Shown here piece by piece: positions 48,220 through 58,020 of a stretch of 64,000 nucleotides of DNA; position 1 is the first letter of the stretch, and each line of letters begins with the position of its first letter. The position numbers were made by a program, and so were the translations under genes. Location: contig JANWJT010000017.1 of the NCBI GenBank assembly GCA_025451755.1, positions 16,147 to 80,146 of the forward strand, read 5' to 3'. This DNA is from Candidatus Microgenomates bacterium (GTDB lineage: Bacteria > Patescibacteriota > Microgenomatia > Levybacterales > UBA12049). The notes below the pieces were generated by a model. The model had not been told where the DNA came from. It worked only from the letters and a program-made list of their open reading frames with translations, and searched no databases.

Positions 48220-49854
48220 TTAGCATTTATTTTTGACATCATAAATTTTATAAGTATTCTGTTTATTTACATAAACTTCTTTAAAGTTTTCTTCAAAAAA
48301 AGAATGGTTTATTGGAAATTCGGAATTCTCTTGATTTAATTCTATGTAATTAATTTTATTTTTTAGTATTTCGGTACAGAATAAATTTAAGCTTGTAGAA
48401 TTTAAAAGAGTCTTACGAAGATTATCTCTAGTTAAAGTGTCATATCCTGCTGACCAGGAAAAATAAGGCCAGCCAAGAAGTATTTTTCTGCCAGCCAAAG
48501 ATGCTGGATCGTAAAGATAATGAGTGTTTAAAAAGACTGAGTCGGGGGGAGTATTTTTAATAATCCATTTTATATCTTGATTTATTGGATAGTCAGCAGT
48601 TTCTCCCTTAATGTCATTATATATTGGGAAAAAGTCGAGTATTCCAGATAAAATTAGAAAAAAGAATAAAATTATAACTATCGGCTTTAGTACGATGCTT
48701 TTTTTCCACAACCAAACAAGAGTAAAGGCAGAAAACATAACACCAATGAGCATGAAATAATTAAAAAATTTATGGTTTGCCGCAATCTCTGGAGAGAATT
48801 GTATTGAATTTCCTATTATAAAAAAAACGAAGAAAGTTATAAAAATTTTCTTTAAAGTTCTATTAGATAATAAAAATCCAATCGGAATTAATATTGAATG
48901 AAGCCCAAGATTATAAAACCAATATTTTGTAAAAGAGAAGAATGTTAAATTAAAAGAAGTAAGATATCCGGGTGAAAAAAAAGATTTAAATGTAGCTGAC
49001 CCGGATTGAAGGTAAAGATATTGAGGTATAGAAATTATCCCGACTGTTGTTAGAATAATCAAAATCGGAATTCTTAATTTTTCAAAAAACACACTTAATA
49101 GAATTAGAGCTATAACAGTCATTAAAAATACGGCTAGGTGAAAATAGAAAAAAAATCCCAAAACTATCCCCAGTAAAATACTTATTTTAAGATTTATTTT
49201 TTGTTTCCTCAGGACTGGTATTAAGAGTAAATAAATAATTAAAAGAGAAAGTGCAAAAGCTCCTGCTAAATGTCTTTGGTTGGTAAAAATATTCAGGTTC
49301 CAAAATGCGGAAACAATTTTCCCATCATACGGACCGAAGGAAGGAAAGACAGTATTGCTTATTATGTCTTTTATCGAAGCAGGAGATATAGGATTCTTTT
49401 TAAAGAATTCCAAAAAAGATAACGATCCATTAAAAAGAAAAAACACTACAGATAAAATTCCAACAGCTCTGCTTTTAAATATTTTTTTTGCAAATAAATA
49501 AATTATAAGAAGGAGAAAGAAAAATCCAATTGTGCTGGGAATGTTTAGTGCATAATCAATCCTTATTCCTAATTTTTCTAAAATCCCAACAAAGAAATAA
49601 AAAAGAAAGTGATAATGAATTGGTTCTCCGGGAAAAATAGGATATTGAGGAGGAAAATTAGATCCAAACGAAAAAGATCTTATAAGTGGTATAGTACTTG
49701 CAAAATCGCTCCAGGCTTTTGTAGCAATAACTATTTGTCCGTTTTTATACCCAAAAGTAGAAAACATGAGCCACGAACTAAATAAAAGAGAAGATATTGC
49801 AATAAAAAATTCAATAAAATTATCCCTGAGAAATTTTATATATTTTTTATTCAT
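48220..49854 (-). CDS. Polytopic membrane protein, probable GT-C fold glycosyltransferase
   Basis: WSD loop, YHFLF, many TM segments, C-terminal soluble domain (WIIKNTP). Confidence 0.6.
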   Translation of the reverse strand: MNKKYIKFLRDNFIEFFIAISSLLFSSWLMFSTFGYKNGQIVIATKAWSDFASTIPLIRSFSFGSNFPPQYPIFPGEPIHYHFLFYFFVGILEKLGIRIDYALNIPSTIGFFFLLLIIYLFAKKIFKSRAVGILSVVFFLFNGSLSFLEFFKKNPISPASIKDIISNTVFPSFGPYDGKIVSAFWNLNIFTNQRHLAGAFALSLLIIYLLLIPVLRKQKINLKISILLGIVLGFFFYFHLAVFLMTVIALILLSVFFEKLRIPILIILTTVGIISIPQYLYLQSGSATFKSFFSPGYLTSFNLTFFSFTKYWFYNLGLHSILIPIGFLLSNRTLKKIFITFFVFFIIGNSIQFSPEIAANHKFFNYFMLIGVMFSAFTLVWLWKKSIVLKPIVIILFFFLILSGILDFFPIYNDIKGETADYPINQDIKWIIKNTPPDSVFLNTHYLYDPASLAGRKILLGWPYFSWSAGYDTLTRDNLRKTLLNSTSLNLFCTEILKNKINYIELNQENSEFPINHSFFEENFKEVYVNKQNTYKIYDVKNKC

Positions 49855-51151
49855 TAGAAGTTACTAATTTTGCAACTTTTTGCCCAAGTTCTACTGCATA
49901 ATTTGTTCCCCTGTCCCAAGGATAAACCTGCTGAATATTTGCAAGATAAACATTTGGAAGCGGTGTTTCAAAAGGCGGAACTATTTTTGAGTAATTCACA
50001 GGAATAATAGGTTGAGCAAATGGAACTTTAAAAAGTTCAGAGCTAATAACCGAATCCTCATAATCTGGCTTGATCTTTTTGAGAAACGGATCATAAATTT
50101 TAAGAAGCTCGTCTTTTTCCATCTTCATATACCTATGATCAAAGGGCAGGTAGTTTCCTAAATAAACAAGATGTTCATTATTATAGTTCTTCTTATCCAT
50201 AAAATTAGTATGCTCAACGATTGCCATTATTGGAGATTTGGTATCGCAAATACTAAGCCAATAAGTCCCGTCTTTTAAGAATTGTTCTTTTAGTCTTAAA
50301 ACAAGGTTTATTGCTCCAAGACCCTTTAGCTTTAATAATTTATTTACATATTTTTGTGGTAAATCAGGAGCTATTTTAGTAAAGAAAATTGATGGAAGAG
50401 TAACGATGACTGCGTCAAAATTGATAATTGACGATTTACCATTGATCATTTTGTATTTTACAGAAACTTGTTTGGCACTTTTTATTTCCTCAACTTCGGT
50501 ATTAAAGAAAAACTTAGCACCTTTTTTTTCACACTCTCTAACTAAAAAATCTGCAAATTCTAAAAATCCGCCGCTAGGATAAACCAAGTCGGGAGTTCTT
50601 TTTTTTATTCTTGCCCAAAACCATGCAAGAGATATGTCTTTTGAGAATTCTCCAAATTTATTCTTAAGCTGTGGATCCCAGATTTTTTTATAAGCGTTTT
50701 TTCCCATTGTTTTTAATAAAAAATTCTCTGCATTTAATTTTTCAAGAGGCTTCCATAGAGGATTAAATTTAAGAAAACCTAGCACAGCGGCCATTCTTGC
50801 CTTATCAATAAAAGGTAACTTTGGAAAAGCAAGAACGTGCATAGGAGAATCAAGTTGATAGATTTTTCCTTCCGAATAAATTGATGTTTTGGGTCTTTTT
50901 TTAATAATCCCGTAGCCGATTTTTTGAGCCAGATTAATAACTTTATCATCGTTTGAAAACCAATGATGATAATGCTTTTCCAATGACCAATTCCATTCTT
51001 TTTCGTCCTTCGTTTGTAGAGGCTTAAAGCCTATTGCAAGTCCACCTGGCTGATTATCTTTCTCGAAAATAAAAACTTCATTTTTTTTATTCAAGAGCTC
51101 GAAAGCGGCAGAAAGTCCAGTAAATCCTGCACCTACGATTGCTATTTTCAT
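49847..51151 (-). CDS. FAD-dependent oxidoreductase (protoporphyrinogen oxidase/amine oxidase-like)
   Basis: GAGFTG, EK..PGGLA, YHHWF, YPWDRG. Confidence 0.85.
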   Translation of the reverse strand: MKIAIVGAGFTGLSAAFELLNKKNEVFIFEKDNQPGGLAIGFKPLQTKDEKEWNWSLEKHYHHWFSNDDKVINLAQKIGYGIIKKRPKTSIYSEGKIYQLDSPMHVLAFPKLPFIDKARMAAVLGFLKFNPLWKPLEKLNAENFLLKTMGKNAYKKIWDPQLKNKFGEFSKDISLAWFWARIKKRTPDLVYPSGGFLEFADFLVRECEKKGAKFFFNTEVEEIKSAKQVSVKYKMINGKSSIINFDAVIVTLPSIFFTKIAPDLPQKYVNKLLKLKGLGAINLVLRLKEQFLKDGTYWLSICDTKSPIMAIVEHTNFMDKKNYNNEHLVYLGNYLPFDHRYMKMEKDELLKIYDPFLKKIKPDYEDSVISSELFKVPFAQPIIPVNYSKIVPPFETPLPNVYLANIQQVYPWDRGTNYAVELGQKVAKLVTSNE

Positions 51152-52530
51152 AAAGTTGTATTGCCTCGGGAAACAAGGAATATAAAGAAGCCTAGAATTG
51201 TCAGTCCAAGACCAAATAAGCCAAAAATTACAGAATCAGAATTTCCTGGTGAAGGAATAGGCGATATTATCGGTGTTATGGTCGCAGTTGGAATAAGCGT
51301 TGGAGAAGTAGAGGCTATAGGCATGTTGGTAGGCGTAGCTGTGGGAATAATAGTTGGAATAGGAGTTGATGTTGGTACAGAGCTTGGTGTAACAATAGGC
51401 GTTGCGGATGGAGTTGCACTTTCGCTTACCTGATTTCCGGAAGCAAAAACAGTAAAAGATTGTGTTATTGTTCTCAGAATTCCGGAAACATCTCTGGTAA
51501 CAATAGTAATGGTGTGACTTCCGGGCGATAACGCAGATGAAGGTCTAAAGCTCCAATTTCCATTAGAGTCTGTAATTATCTGAGTCTTAATATTGTCATC
51601 GGAATGAATAGTTATTTCGACTGTACTATTTGGAAGAGCAGTTCCCGAAAATCTTGGCTGGGAATCTATAAATGTTTGGTTATTGCTTGGCACATTAATT
51701 TGAAGAGTCTCACTGGAGCTTGATACTTCAGAGCTTAAAGAAGAAAAACTAGTTGACGCGGATTCGGAAGCTGTTTCTAAATTGCTTTGGGTAAAGTCAT
51801 AATCATTTCCCAGCGTAATCACAGGAATTTCTTTAATTTCTAAGCTATTAAACTTTATGTTAGAAGATAGAGAGTTTTCTCCCAGCACAAGTATTCTAAA
51901 AATTGTTTCATCGGAAATTGTAAAATAAGCAGAAAGATTTTCAGTTTTTAAGGAGCCCACAGAAAGAGAATAAGATCCATCTTCTTCTACTAAAGCCGAA
52001 AGAGTCTGAGAATTTTCAGAATTTAAGTATACAACTGCTTCTTTAGAATTATCTTCGCTCGGAAATATAATGCGCCCCTTTATTATTTTGTCGTTGTCAA
52101 AAGAGCTGGAAGAAATAGGTGACGTTTTTACAGTAAAAGGCTCTCCATTTTGTAAAAATTCTTTAGATCCTGAAGATATAGAAAAGTAATAGTCCGAATA
52201 GGGATCTAAATTTTTAACTGTAATATAATGAATTTTATATTCTCCCAGATCTCCTTTTTTATCTTTATCATCAAAGGCTGTCTGTCCAAGATTTTTATTC
52301 TTTCCAAAATTGATAGAACCAACTACCGGGGCTTCTGTCGTAAAGGAAACAGTGAATGATTTATTGGTTATGTTAGAAATTCTTATATTTTGTGCAGTAT
52401 CGGAAGGACCTGCCTTGCTAGTTAGAATTACTCCTGTTTTAGTAAGATAGGAAGTAACGCCTATCCCTACTGCAATAAAAAGTATTCCTAATAAGGTTGG
52501 AATGCGCTTACTCCATATGTTCTTTCTCAT
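51148..52530 (-). CDS. Surface protein with FN3/Ig-like domains, Pro/Thr linker and terminal TM anchors
   Basis: N- and C-terminal hydrophobic segments, FN3-like ISNIT..L.P...YYF, Ig-like GTALP...GNWSF. Confidence 0.75.
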   Translation of the reverse strand: MRKNIWSKRIPTLLGILFIAVGIGVTSYLTKTGVILTSKAGPSDTAQNIRISNITNKSFTVSFTTEAPVVGSINFGKNKNLGQTAFDDKDKKGDLGEYKIHYITVKNLDPYSDYYFSISSGSKEFLQNGEPFTVKTSPISSSSFDNDKIIKGRIIFPSEDNSKEAVVYLNSENSQTLSALVEEDGSYSLSVGSLKTENLSAYFTISDETIFRILVLGENSLSSNIKFNSLEIKEIPVITLGNDYDFTQSNLETASESASTSFSSLSSEVSSSSETLQINVPSNNQTFIDSQPRFSGTALPNSTVEITIHSDDNIKTQIITDSNGNWSFRPSSALSPGSHTITIVTRDVSGILRTITQSFTVFASGNQVSESATPSATPIVTPSSVPTSTPIPTIIPTATPTNMPIASTSPTLIPTATITPIISPIPSPGNSDSVIFGLFGLGLTILGFFIFLVSRGNTTL

Positions 52531-52817
52531 AAGCTTCCCTCTGATATTATGTTCGCAGATACTGAGCTTACATTTTCTTCTGCTGCGCTTTCTGTTGCTT
52601 CATTGTTATTTAATTGAAAGATTGGCGCTATGCTTCTTCGTTCTCTTAGAATGTCTATAGTTCTTGTATCAAAATTTGGATCAATTGGAAATATTTTTTC
52701 TTCTACGGGTGCTGTTATTGTAGAAGAAACAAGATTATGATAAATACTAAAACCAATCCAGGCGACTATTAAGACAAAAGTCGAAATAACTAAAAATAAA
52801 ACTTCTCTTTGTTTCAT
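52527..52817 (-). CDS. Hypothetical single-TM protein of the pilus cluster
   Basis: Start ATG 52817; TM segment; follows pilO. Confidence 0.65.
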   Translation of the reverse strand: MKQREVLFLVISTFVLIVAWIGFSIYHNLVSSTITAPVEEKIFPIDPNFDTRTIDILRERRSIAPIFQLNNNEATESAAEENVSSVSANIISEGSL

Positions 52818-52821
52818 AAAA

Positions 52822-53448
52822 TTACTGCTTAAAATATGCCGTACCTTTAATATCAAGTACCAAAATTTCAGATTGATTCCCTTTGCGATTAATAGATAGG
52901 GTATCTAAGGAAACAACTCTTTCCATATCCAAAAGAATACTAATAAAATTGGTTAGATTTTCATAATTTCCCTGCACGCCCGTGGAAAAAGAAAACGTTG
53001 AATATTTCTTCTGATTATTAGAAGGTTCAGAGATATCAACTTCAAAACTTTGCAAATTGATAACTTCAACTCCTGCGTCTCTGGCGATAGATTGTATCTG
53101 CCCCATTAAGAGTGGAACTTTAGGATCTTTTGGAACGGCTTTTAAAACAATTGGTATATCTTTTTCTACAATATTATATTTTTCCTGAAGAGATGAAAGA
53201 TTAGAGATTTTTTCCGTAAGCTGCTTATCGACGAACTTAGTATCGGTTAGTTCTTTTCTTAGCTTTGCAATTGTTGATAAGGTTGGATTAATAGCAAATA
53301 TACCGAAAAAAGATAAAGATATTAAGGAAAAAATAATACTAGAATATTTTTTTGTTTTTTCATTTTTTAAATCAGGTAAAAGTTCAAAATATTTATTGTT
53401 TTTTACTTTTTTTAAAACAGTTCCTATATTGTATTTTGGTGTCTTCAT
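52822..53448 (-). CDS. pilO: Type IV pilus assembly protein PilO-like
   Basis: TM plus coiled coil, GNYENL..F...L..MERVV. Confidence 0.75.
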   Translation of the reverse strand: MKTPKYNIGTVLKKVKNNKYFELLPDLKNEKTKKYSSIIFSLISLSFFGIFAINPTLSTIAKLRKELTDTKFVDKQLTEKISNLSSLQEKYNIVEKDIPIVLKAVPKDPKVPLLMGQIQSIARDAGVEVINLQSFEVDISEPSNNQKKYSTFSFSTGVQGNYENLTNFISILLDMERVVSLDTLSINRKGNQSEILVLDIKGTAYFKQ

Positions 53449-53455
53449 GGCATTT

Positions 53456-53992
53456 TTATTTAAGATTTACCGTTATACTTGCTGTAATAAGAGAATTGGA
53501 AAGCTTATTTCCTATTTTATTTATGCTGACACTTTCGATAGCTGGATAGTTTTTTAATGAATTGACAAAATTAGTAAGGGAGGAAATGTATTGAAAGTTT
53601 GCATCAATCTTTACAAAATTTTCTGATAAAACTAACTCATTAAAAGTCATCCCGCCGGTGGCAAGTTCAATTATGTCGTTAAATATTTTATTTTTTTTCC
53701 CTCCTGACTCAGAGAATTCAGAAGCGACCGAAAGTCTGTCTTGCAGATTTCTATATATTTCCTCTCTGCTTTTTAAGTAACCAACGATTGCCGTTTCCTG
53801 TTTTATTTTTGAGTGCAAATCAATTAGCTCTCTATCCAGAGTAAATCTATATATAAAAGCAGATAGCGCAATAACCTCTGTAAGAATTACTACAAGTCTT
53901 CCAATTGTTAAAGCCCAGTCAATAAATTTTTCAAAGATATTTCCTTGCCTATTGCCCAAAAGATTTATAGAAGGATGGTGGTTTTTTCGCAC
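53456..53992 (-). CDS. PilN-like pilus assembly protein
   Basis: INLL N-terminal motif, TM, coiled coil; precedes pilO. Confidence 0.65.
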   Translation of the reverse strand: MRKNHHPSINLLGNRQGNIFEKFIDWALTIGRLVVILTEVIALSAFIYRFTLDRELIDLHSKIKQETAIVGYLKSREEIYRNLQDRLSVASEFSESGGKKNKIFNDIIELATGGMTFNELVLSENFVKIDANFQYISSLTNFVNSLKNYPAIESVSINKIGNKLSNSLITASITVNLK

Positions 53993-54039
53993 ACTTTTAG
54001 TCTAGGGATTTTTGATACTTTTGTCAAAGAGAAATGAGG

Positions 54040-54300
54040 TTATTTTGTCTTGGTTTTCTTGAGTTTTTTCTTTATTAATCCCGAAAGCTTAGACTTAAGT
54101 CTCGAAGCTTTATTTTTGTGAATAATGTTATTTTTTGCAGCTTTATCAACTAGTTTTATTGCATCTTTTATAATCTTCTCGGTTTTGCCTTTTTGGGCTT
54201 TTTTAACAGCAGATCTAAAAAGATTTTTTATCTTTTTATTTTTTTCTGTTTTTACTTTATCTTTTCTCAGTTTTTTCTTGGCAGATTTTGTTACTGGCAT
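54040..54300 (-). CDS. rpsT: 30S ribosomal protein S20
   Basis: KSAKK, DKAAK..IIHKNKASR.KS. Confidence 0.95.
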   Translation of the reverse strand: MPVTKSAKKKLRKDKVKTEKNKKIKNLFRSAVKKAQKGKTEKIIKDAIKLVDKAAKNNIIHKNKASRLKSKLSGLIKKKLKKTKTK

Positions 54301-54334
54301 GCGGAGATTTTACCATGTTATACTATAAAACACA

Positions 54335-56005
54335 ATGGCTCCCCGCAATTTATTAAAGAAAAGTTTTAATTTCTTCCTTACTCAACAAACGAACATTTTA
54401 ACCGCGGCTCTTATAATAATGGGGACTACAATCTTATCCCAAGTCTTAGGGCTTGTTCGAAAAAGACTCCTCCTTGAATTTTTTGGGGCATCAAACATTC
54501 TCGGAGTTTATGATGTCGCAACCAGACTACCGGATTTTCTTTTTCAGCTTATCATAGCAGGCGCTCTCTCGTCTGCTCTTATTCCTGTTTTTTCAGACTA
54601 TATAGGAAAAGGAAGACAAGAGGAGGCGCATAAATTAGGATCGACTCTTCTTACGCTCGGACTTATTACTTTTACAATTCTTGCAGTTATCCTTTATACA
54701 TTTTCTTTTTATTTTTCGAAATTACTTGCACCAGGATTTTCCCACGCAGATATAATTCTTATGGGAAATTTGATGAGAATAATTATAATAGGTCAGACAA
54801 TATTTCTTGTTGCAAGTTTTTTTACTGCAGTTCTTCAATCTCATAACCATTTTTTTATCCCCGGTTTTGCATCAGCGCTATATAATCTTGGTATAATAAT
54901 CGGAATTTTAATCTTGGCTCCTGTCGTAGGAATTTACTCGGCTGCTTACGGAGTAATTCTAGGATCACTTATTTTTGTGTCAATACAAATACCACTTATT
55001 TTAAAAGTTAAGTTTTCCATTAAACCAGTTTTTTCCTTAAATTATTTTAAAGACAAAGGTGTTATGCAGGTTTTAAAACTTATGTGGCCAAGAACTCTAT
55101 CTATCGCAATTTTTCAATTAGGAACACTTCTTACTGTAACTCTTGTTTCTTTTCTTGCGGATCCTGGCAGAAATTATGTAATTTTTGATCTAGCCCAAAC
55201 TCTTGCCTTTGCGCCCGTGACTCTTGTTGGAAATGCTATTGCACAGGCTGCTTTTCCCGTGCTTTCAAGAGAAAGGGATAGATTAGAAGAATTTAAAAAT
55301 ACATTTATAACAAGCTTTAATCAAATGCTTTATTTAATTCTTCCGATTTCAGTTCTTTTTTTGGTTCTTAGAATTCCTTTAGTTCGTCTAATTTACGGAG
55401 CTCCGCGTTTGGATTGGCCGGCTACAGTTTTGACGGGTCAAATGCTTGCTTATTTTAGTATTTCAATCTTTGCTCAGTCTTTAATTTATTTGGTATCGCG
55501 TGGATTTTATGCCCTTCATGATTCAAAAACTCCCCTAATTATCGGAGCCATTACGACAGCTTTAATGCTGGGTCTTTCATGGCTCTTAATTTTCGTTTAC
55601 CATATGGGGATTACAGGAATAGCTTTATCTTTTTCAATCGCTTCAATAGTCAATCTTATTATTTCGTTTATACTCCTTGATATAAAAGTAGGTGGATTTC
55701 AAAAATTAAAATTTATTTTTTCAATGGGAAAGATTTTTCTTGCAACTTTTTTTACGGGGTTTGCATTATATGTTCCAATAAAGCTTTTAGACCAGCTAAT
55801 ATTTGATACCACAAAAACTATAAATCTTCTCATGCTTACTGGAATTTCCAGTCTTGCCGGATTATCTCTTTATATTTTTCTGACTTGGCTTTTTGATGTA
55901 AAAGAAGCATCAACGTTTCTTCTTCTATTTAAGAAACTGGGAAACTGGAAAGATATACTTAGAAAAAGCGAAGAAACCATCGACGGCACCCGCATTAAAG
56001 TTTAA
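54335..56005 (+). CDS. murJ: Lipid II flippase
   Basis: LSQVLGLVR, RLPD, GALSSALIPVF, RGFYALHDSKTP. Confidence 0.92.
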   Translation: MAPRNLLKKSFNFFLTQQTNILTAALIIMGTTILSQVLGLVRKRLLLEFFGASNILGVYDVATRLPDFLFQLIIAGALSSALIPVFSDYIGKGRQEEAHKLGSTLLTLGLITFTILAVILYTFSFYFSKLLAPGFSHADIILMGNLMRIIIIGQTIFLVASFFTAVLQSHNHFFIPGFASALYNLGIIIGILILAPVVGIYSAAYGVILGSLIFVSIQIPLILKVKFSIKPVFSLNYFKDKGVMQVLKLMWPRTLSIAIFQLGTLLTVTLVSFLADPGRNYVIFDLAQTLAFAPVTLVGNAIAQAAFPVLSRERDRLEEFKNTFITSFNQMLYLILPISVLFLVLRIPLVRLIYGAPRLDWPATVLTGQMLAYFSISIFAQSLIYLVSRGFYALHDSKTPLIIGAITTALMLGLSWLLIFVYHMGITGIALSFSIASIVNLIISFILLDIKVGGFQKLKFIFSMGKIFLATFFTGFALYVPIKLLDQLIFDTTKTINLLMLTGISSLAGLSLYIFLTWLFDVKEASTFLLLFKKLGNWKDILRKSEETIDGTRIKV

Positions 56006-56053
56006 TTTCGGATTGACTACAAAAGAAAAATAAAGTAGGATAGAGCCAAATAG

Positions 56054-57298
56054 ATGGCAGGAATAGAGAAACTTTTAGTAGCAGATAAAAAAGGAGAAGC
56101 GTCATTTATTCTAGGAAATCTTTTGGCATCTACAGCAGATAATTTCCCCGAGCCCCAATTTAGAGTCCATCGCGTAAATAACAAATCAATAATTAATCCG
56201 CATCCTTTTAAAATTTATACCAACGCAGATGGTGGGGGTACGAAACCAGAGATAGCCGAAAGGCTTTTTACTGAATCTCAAGATCCAGATGAATTCAGAA
56301 CCTTAGCTGCTGATGTTTGCGCTATGATAGATGGAGATACGGCAAGGGATGGCTCATTTTTATTAGGGATTACGGATATATTAGATGTCAGTACGGCAGA
56401 TACAGATATCATAAGAGCGGTTGCTATTGGACTTAAAGAACAAGCTGAAATTGGGAATTTCGCAATCTTAAATGGAGAAACTGCAGAACTTGGTTATAGA
56501 GCTCCGGGATATGGTGGATTTGGTATAAATTTAAACGCAGTGGGGCTTAATCTTTATGTTCCCGAAAAAGAGATAACAGGAAAAAATCTTCAACCAGGAC
56601 AATTAGTTGTAGCGCTTCGCGAAGAATCAGTACGTTCAAACGGTTTAAGTACGATAAGAAGTTTACTTCAATTTTTTTATGCAATAAGTCCAGAAGGACA
56701 AAAAGCAAGAGAGGATGCTTTTAAAAATTTAGTTGAAAATAAAGAAATGGTTGTAGAATGGATGAAGCCTGTTATGAAACATTTTTTTATAACAGATATC
56801 GTGAATGGGGAGCGCTTGAAATGGCACGAAAAATATCCAGAGATAACACAGCAGTTGAAAATGCCATCTCGTCTATATGGACCAATCATTTATGATGCTC
56901 AGGGAGGAATTTTTGGAGAAAAAGAAGTGAATATAATTGCAGCGGCTCACATAACAGGAGGCGGTATCCCGTTAAAAGGAATTAGAATGGTTCAGGAATC
57001 TGGATTTGGTTTGACTATTGACCATGTATTTCCAGATCCTGAAGCAGTCACTTCTATTTTAGAATTAGCGCATTCTTTGCACTCAGATAAAGATCTTATT
57101 ATTTCTGATATGCAAGCATGTGAAAAATGGAATATGGGGGTTGGGTTTTTAATTGTTGTTCCAAACGAAGTGGAAGCAAAAAAGCTTATTGATATTGCGG
57201 GGAATCATAATTGCGAAGCAGCAATTGCAGGTGAAGTTATTGATGAGCCTGTTGTAAAATTCCGCGGACACACATGGAGATACGGCGAAGTCGCATGA
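56054..57298 (+). CDS. purM: Divergent AIR synthetase (PurM-like)
   Basis: DGGGTK, GETAE, SNG, HITGGG, NMGVG. Confidence 0.75.
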   Translation: MAGIEKLLVADKKGEASFILGNLLASTADNFPEPQFRVHRVNNKSIINPHPFKIYTNADGGGTKPEIAERLFTESQDPDEFRTLAADVCAMIDGDTARDGSFLLGITDILDVSTADTDIIRAVAIGLKEQAEIGNFAILNGETAELGYRAPGYGGFGINLNAVGLNLYVPEKEITGKNLQPGQLVVALREESVRSNGLSTIRSLLQFFYAISPEGQKAREDAFKNLVENKEMVVEWMKPVMKHFFITDIVNGERLKWHEKYPEITQQLKMPSRLYGPIIYDAQGGIFGEKEVNIIAAAHITGGGIPLKGIRMVQESGFGLTIDHVFPDPEAVTSILELAHSLHSDKDLIISDMQACEKWNMGVGFLIVVPNEVEAKKLIDIAGNHNCEAAIAGEVIDEPVVKFRGHTWRYGEVA

Positions 57299-57299
57299 T

Positions 57300-58016
57300 A
57301 TGAAAGAAAGATTGGGATCATTAGTTTATGGTGGTGGAAGTACTATGGAGCAAATTGCTCTTGCTTCCCAGGGAGGGGAGCTCGCAATGGACATTGCTTG
57401 TGTTCTTACAGGTAGGGATGATATCGACGCAATTAAAAAGGCAAAAAGATTAAAGCTTCCTTTTGAGATTGTTGATCAGGAAAAATTTAGAGGAGATGAT
57501 GGAAAAGTAGACGAATACGGTTTTGGTATGGCAATGTTAAAAGTATTTCGAAAGTATGGAGCTACAGTTGTAATGCAGAATGGATGGCTTGCCCGTACAC
57601 CTACAATTGTTATTGATGCATTTCCAAATATGATTTTTAATCAGCACCCCGGACCTTTGCCCGAAACCAAAGCTATGCATGGAATCCAACCGCATGCTGC
57701 AATGTTATACTTTGCAAGAGCAACGGGAAGAAATAATGGTACAGAAGTTATTTCCCAAAGAGTACATGCGAATTTTGACCAAGGAGCAATAGTCGGTCGG
57801 GCAAAAGTTCCAATTTACTTGCCAAATGATACTCCCAAGCGACTTCAGAAAAGAGCATTAAAAGTAGAGCACCGTTTGCAAATTGATGTCCTAAAACAAG
57901 TTGCTAATGGGACTATTAAGGAAACTCCTCAGGAATATAACTATATGAAACCTGGCGAAGAATATATTCTAAAATCTGCCCGCAAAAAAGCAAGAAAAAT
58001 CTACCCCAATGGATAG
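57300..58016 (+). CDS. purN: Divergent GAR transformylase (PurN-like formyltransferase)
   Basis: GGGST, NQHPGPLP, FDQGAI. Confidence 0.75.
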   Translation: MKERLGSLVYGGGSTMEQIALASQGGELAMDIACVLTGRDDIDAIKKAKRLKLPFEIVDQEKFRGDDGKVDEYGFGMAMLKVFRKYGATVVMQNGWLARTPTIVIDAFPNMIFNQHPGPLPETKAMHGIQPHAAMLYFARATGRNNGTEVISQRVHANFDQGAIVGRAKVPIYLPNDTPKRLQKRALKVEHRLQIDVLKQVANGTIKETPQEYNYMKPGEEYILKSARKKARKIYPNG

Positions 58017-58020
58017 AAAG

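Noticed and set aside
51005-51022. Possible short in-frame insertion (PLQTKD) in the FAD oxidoreductase
   Set aside because: No second copy or clear palindrome in the window, so it cannot be tied to a repeat family.
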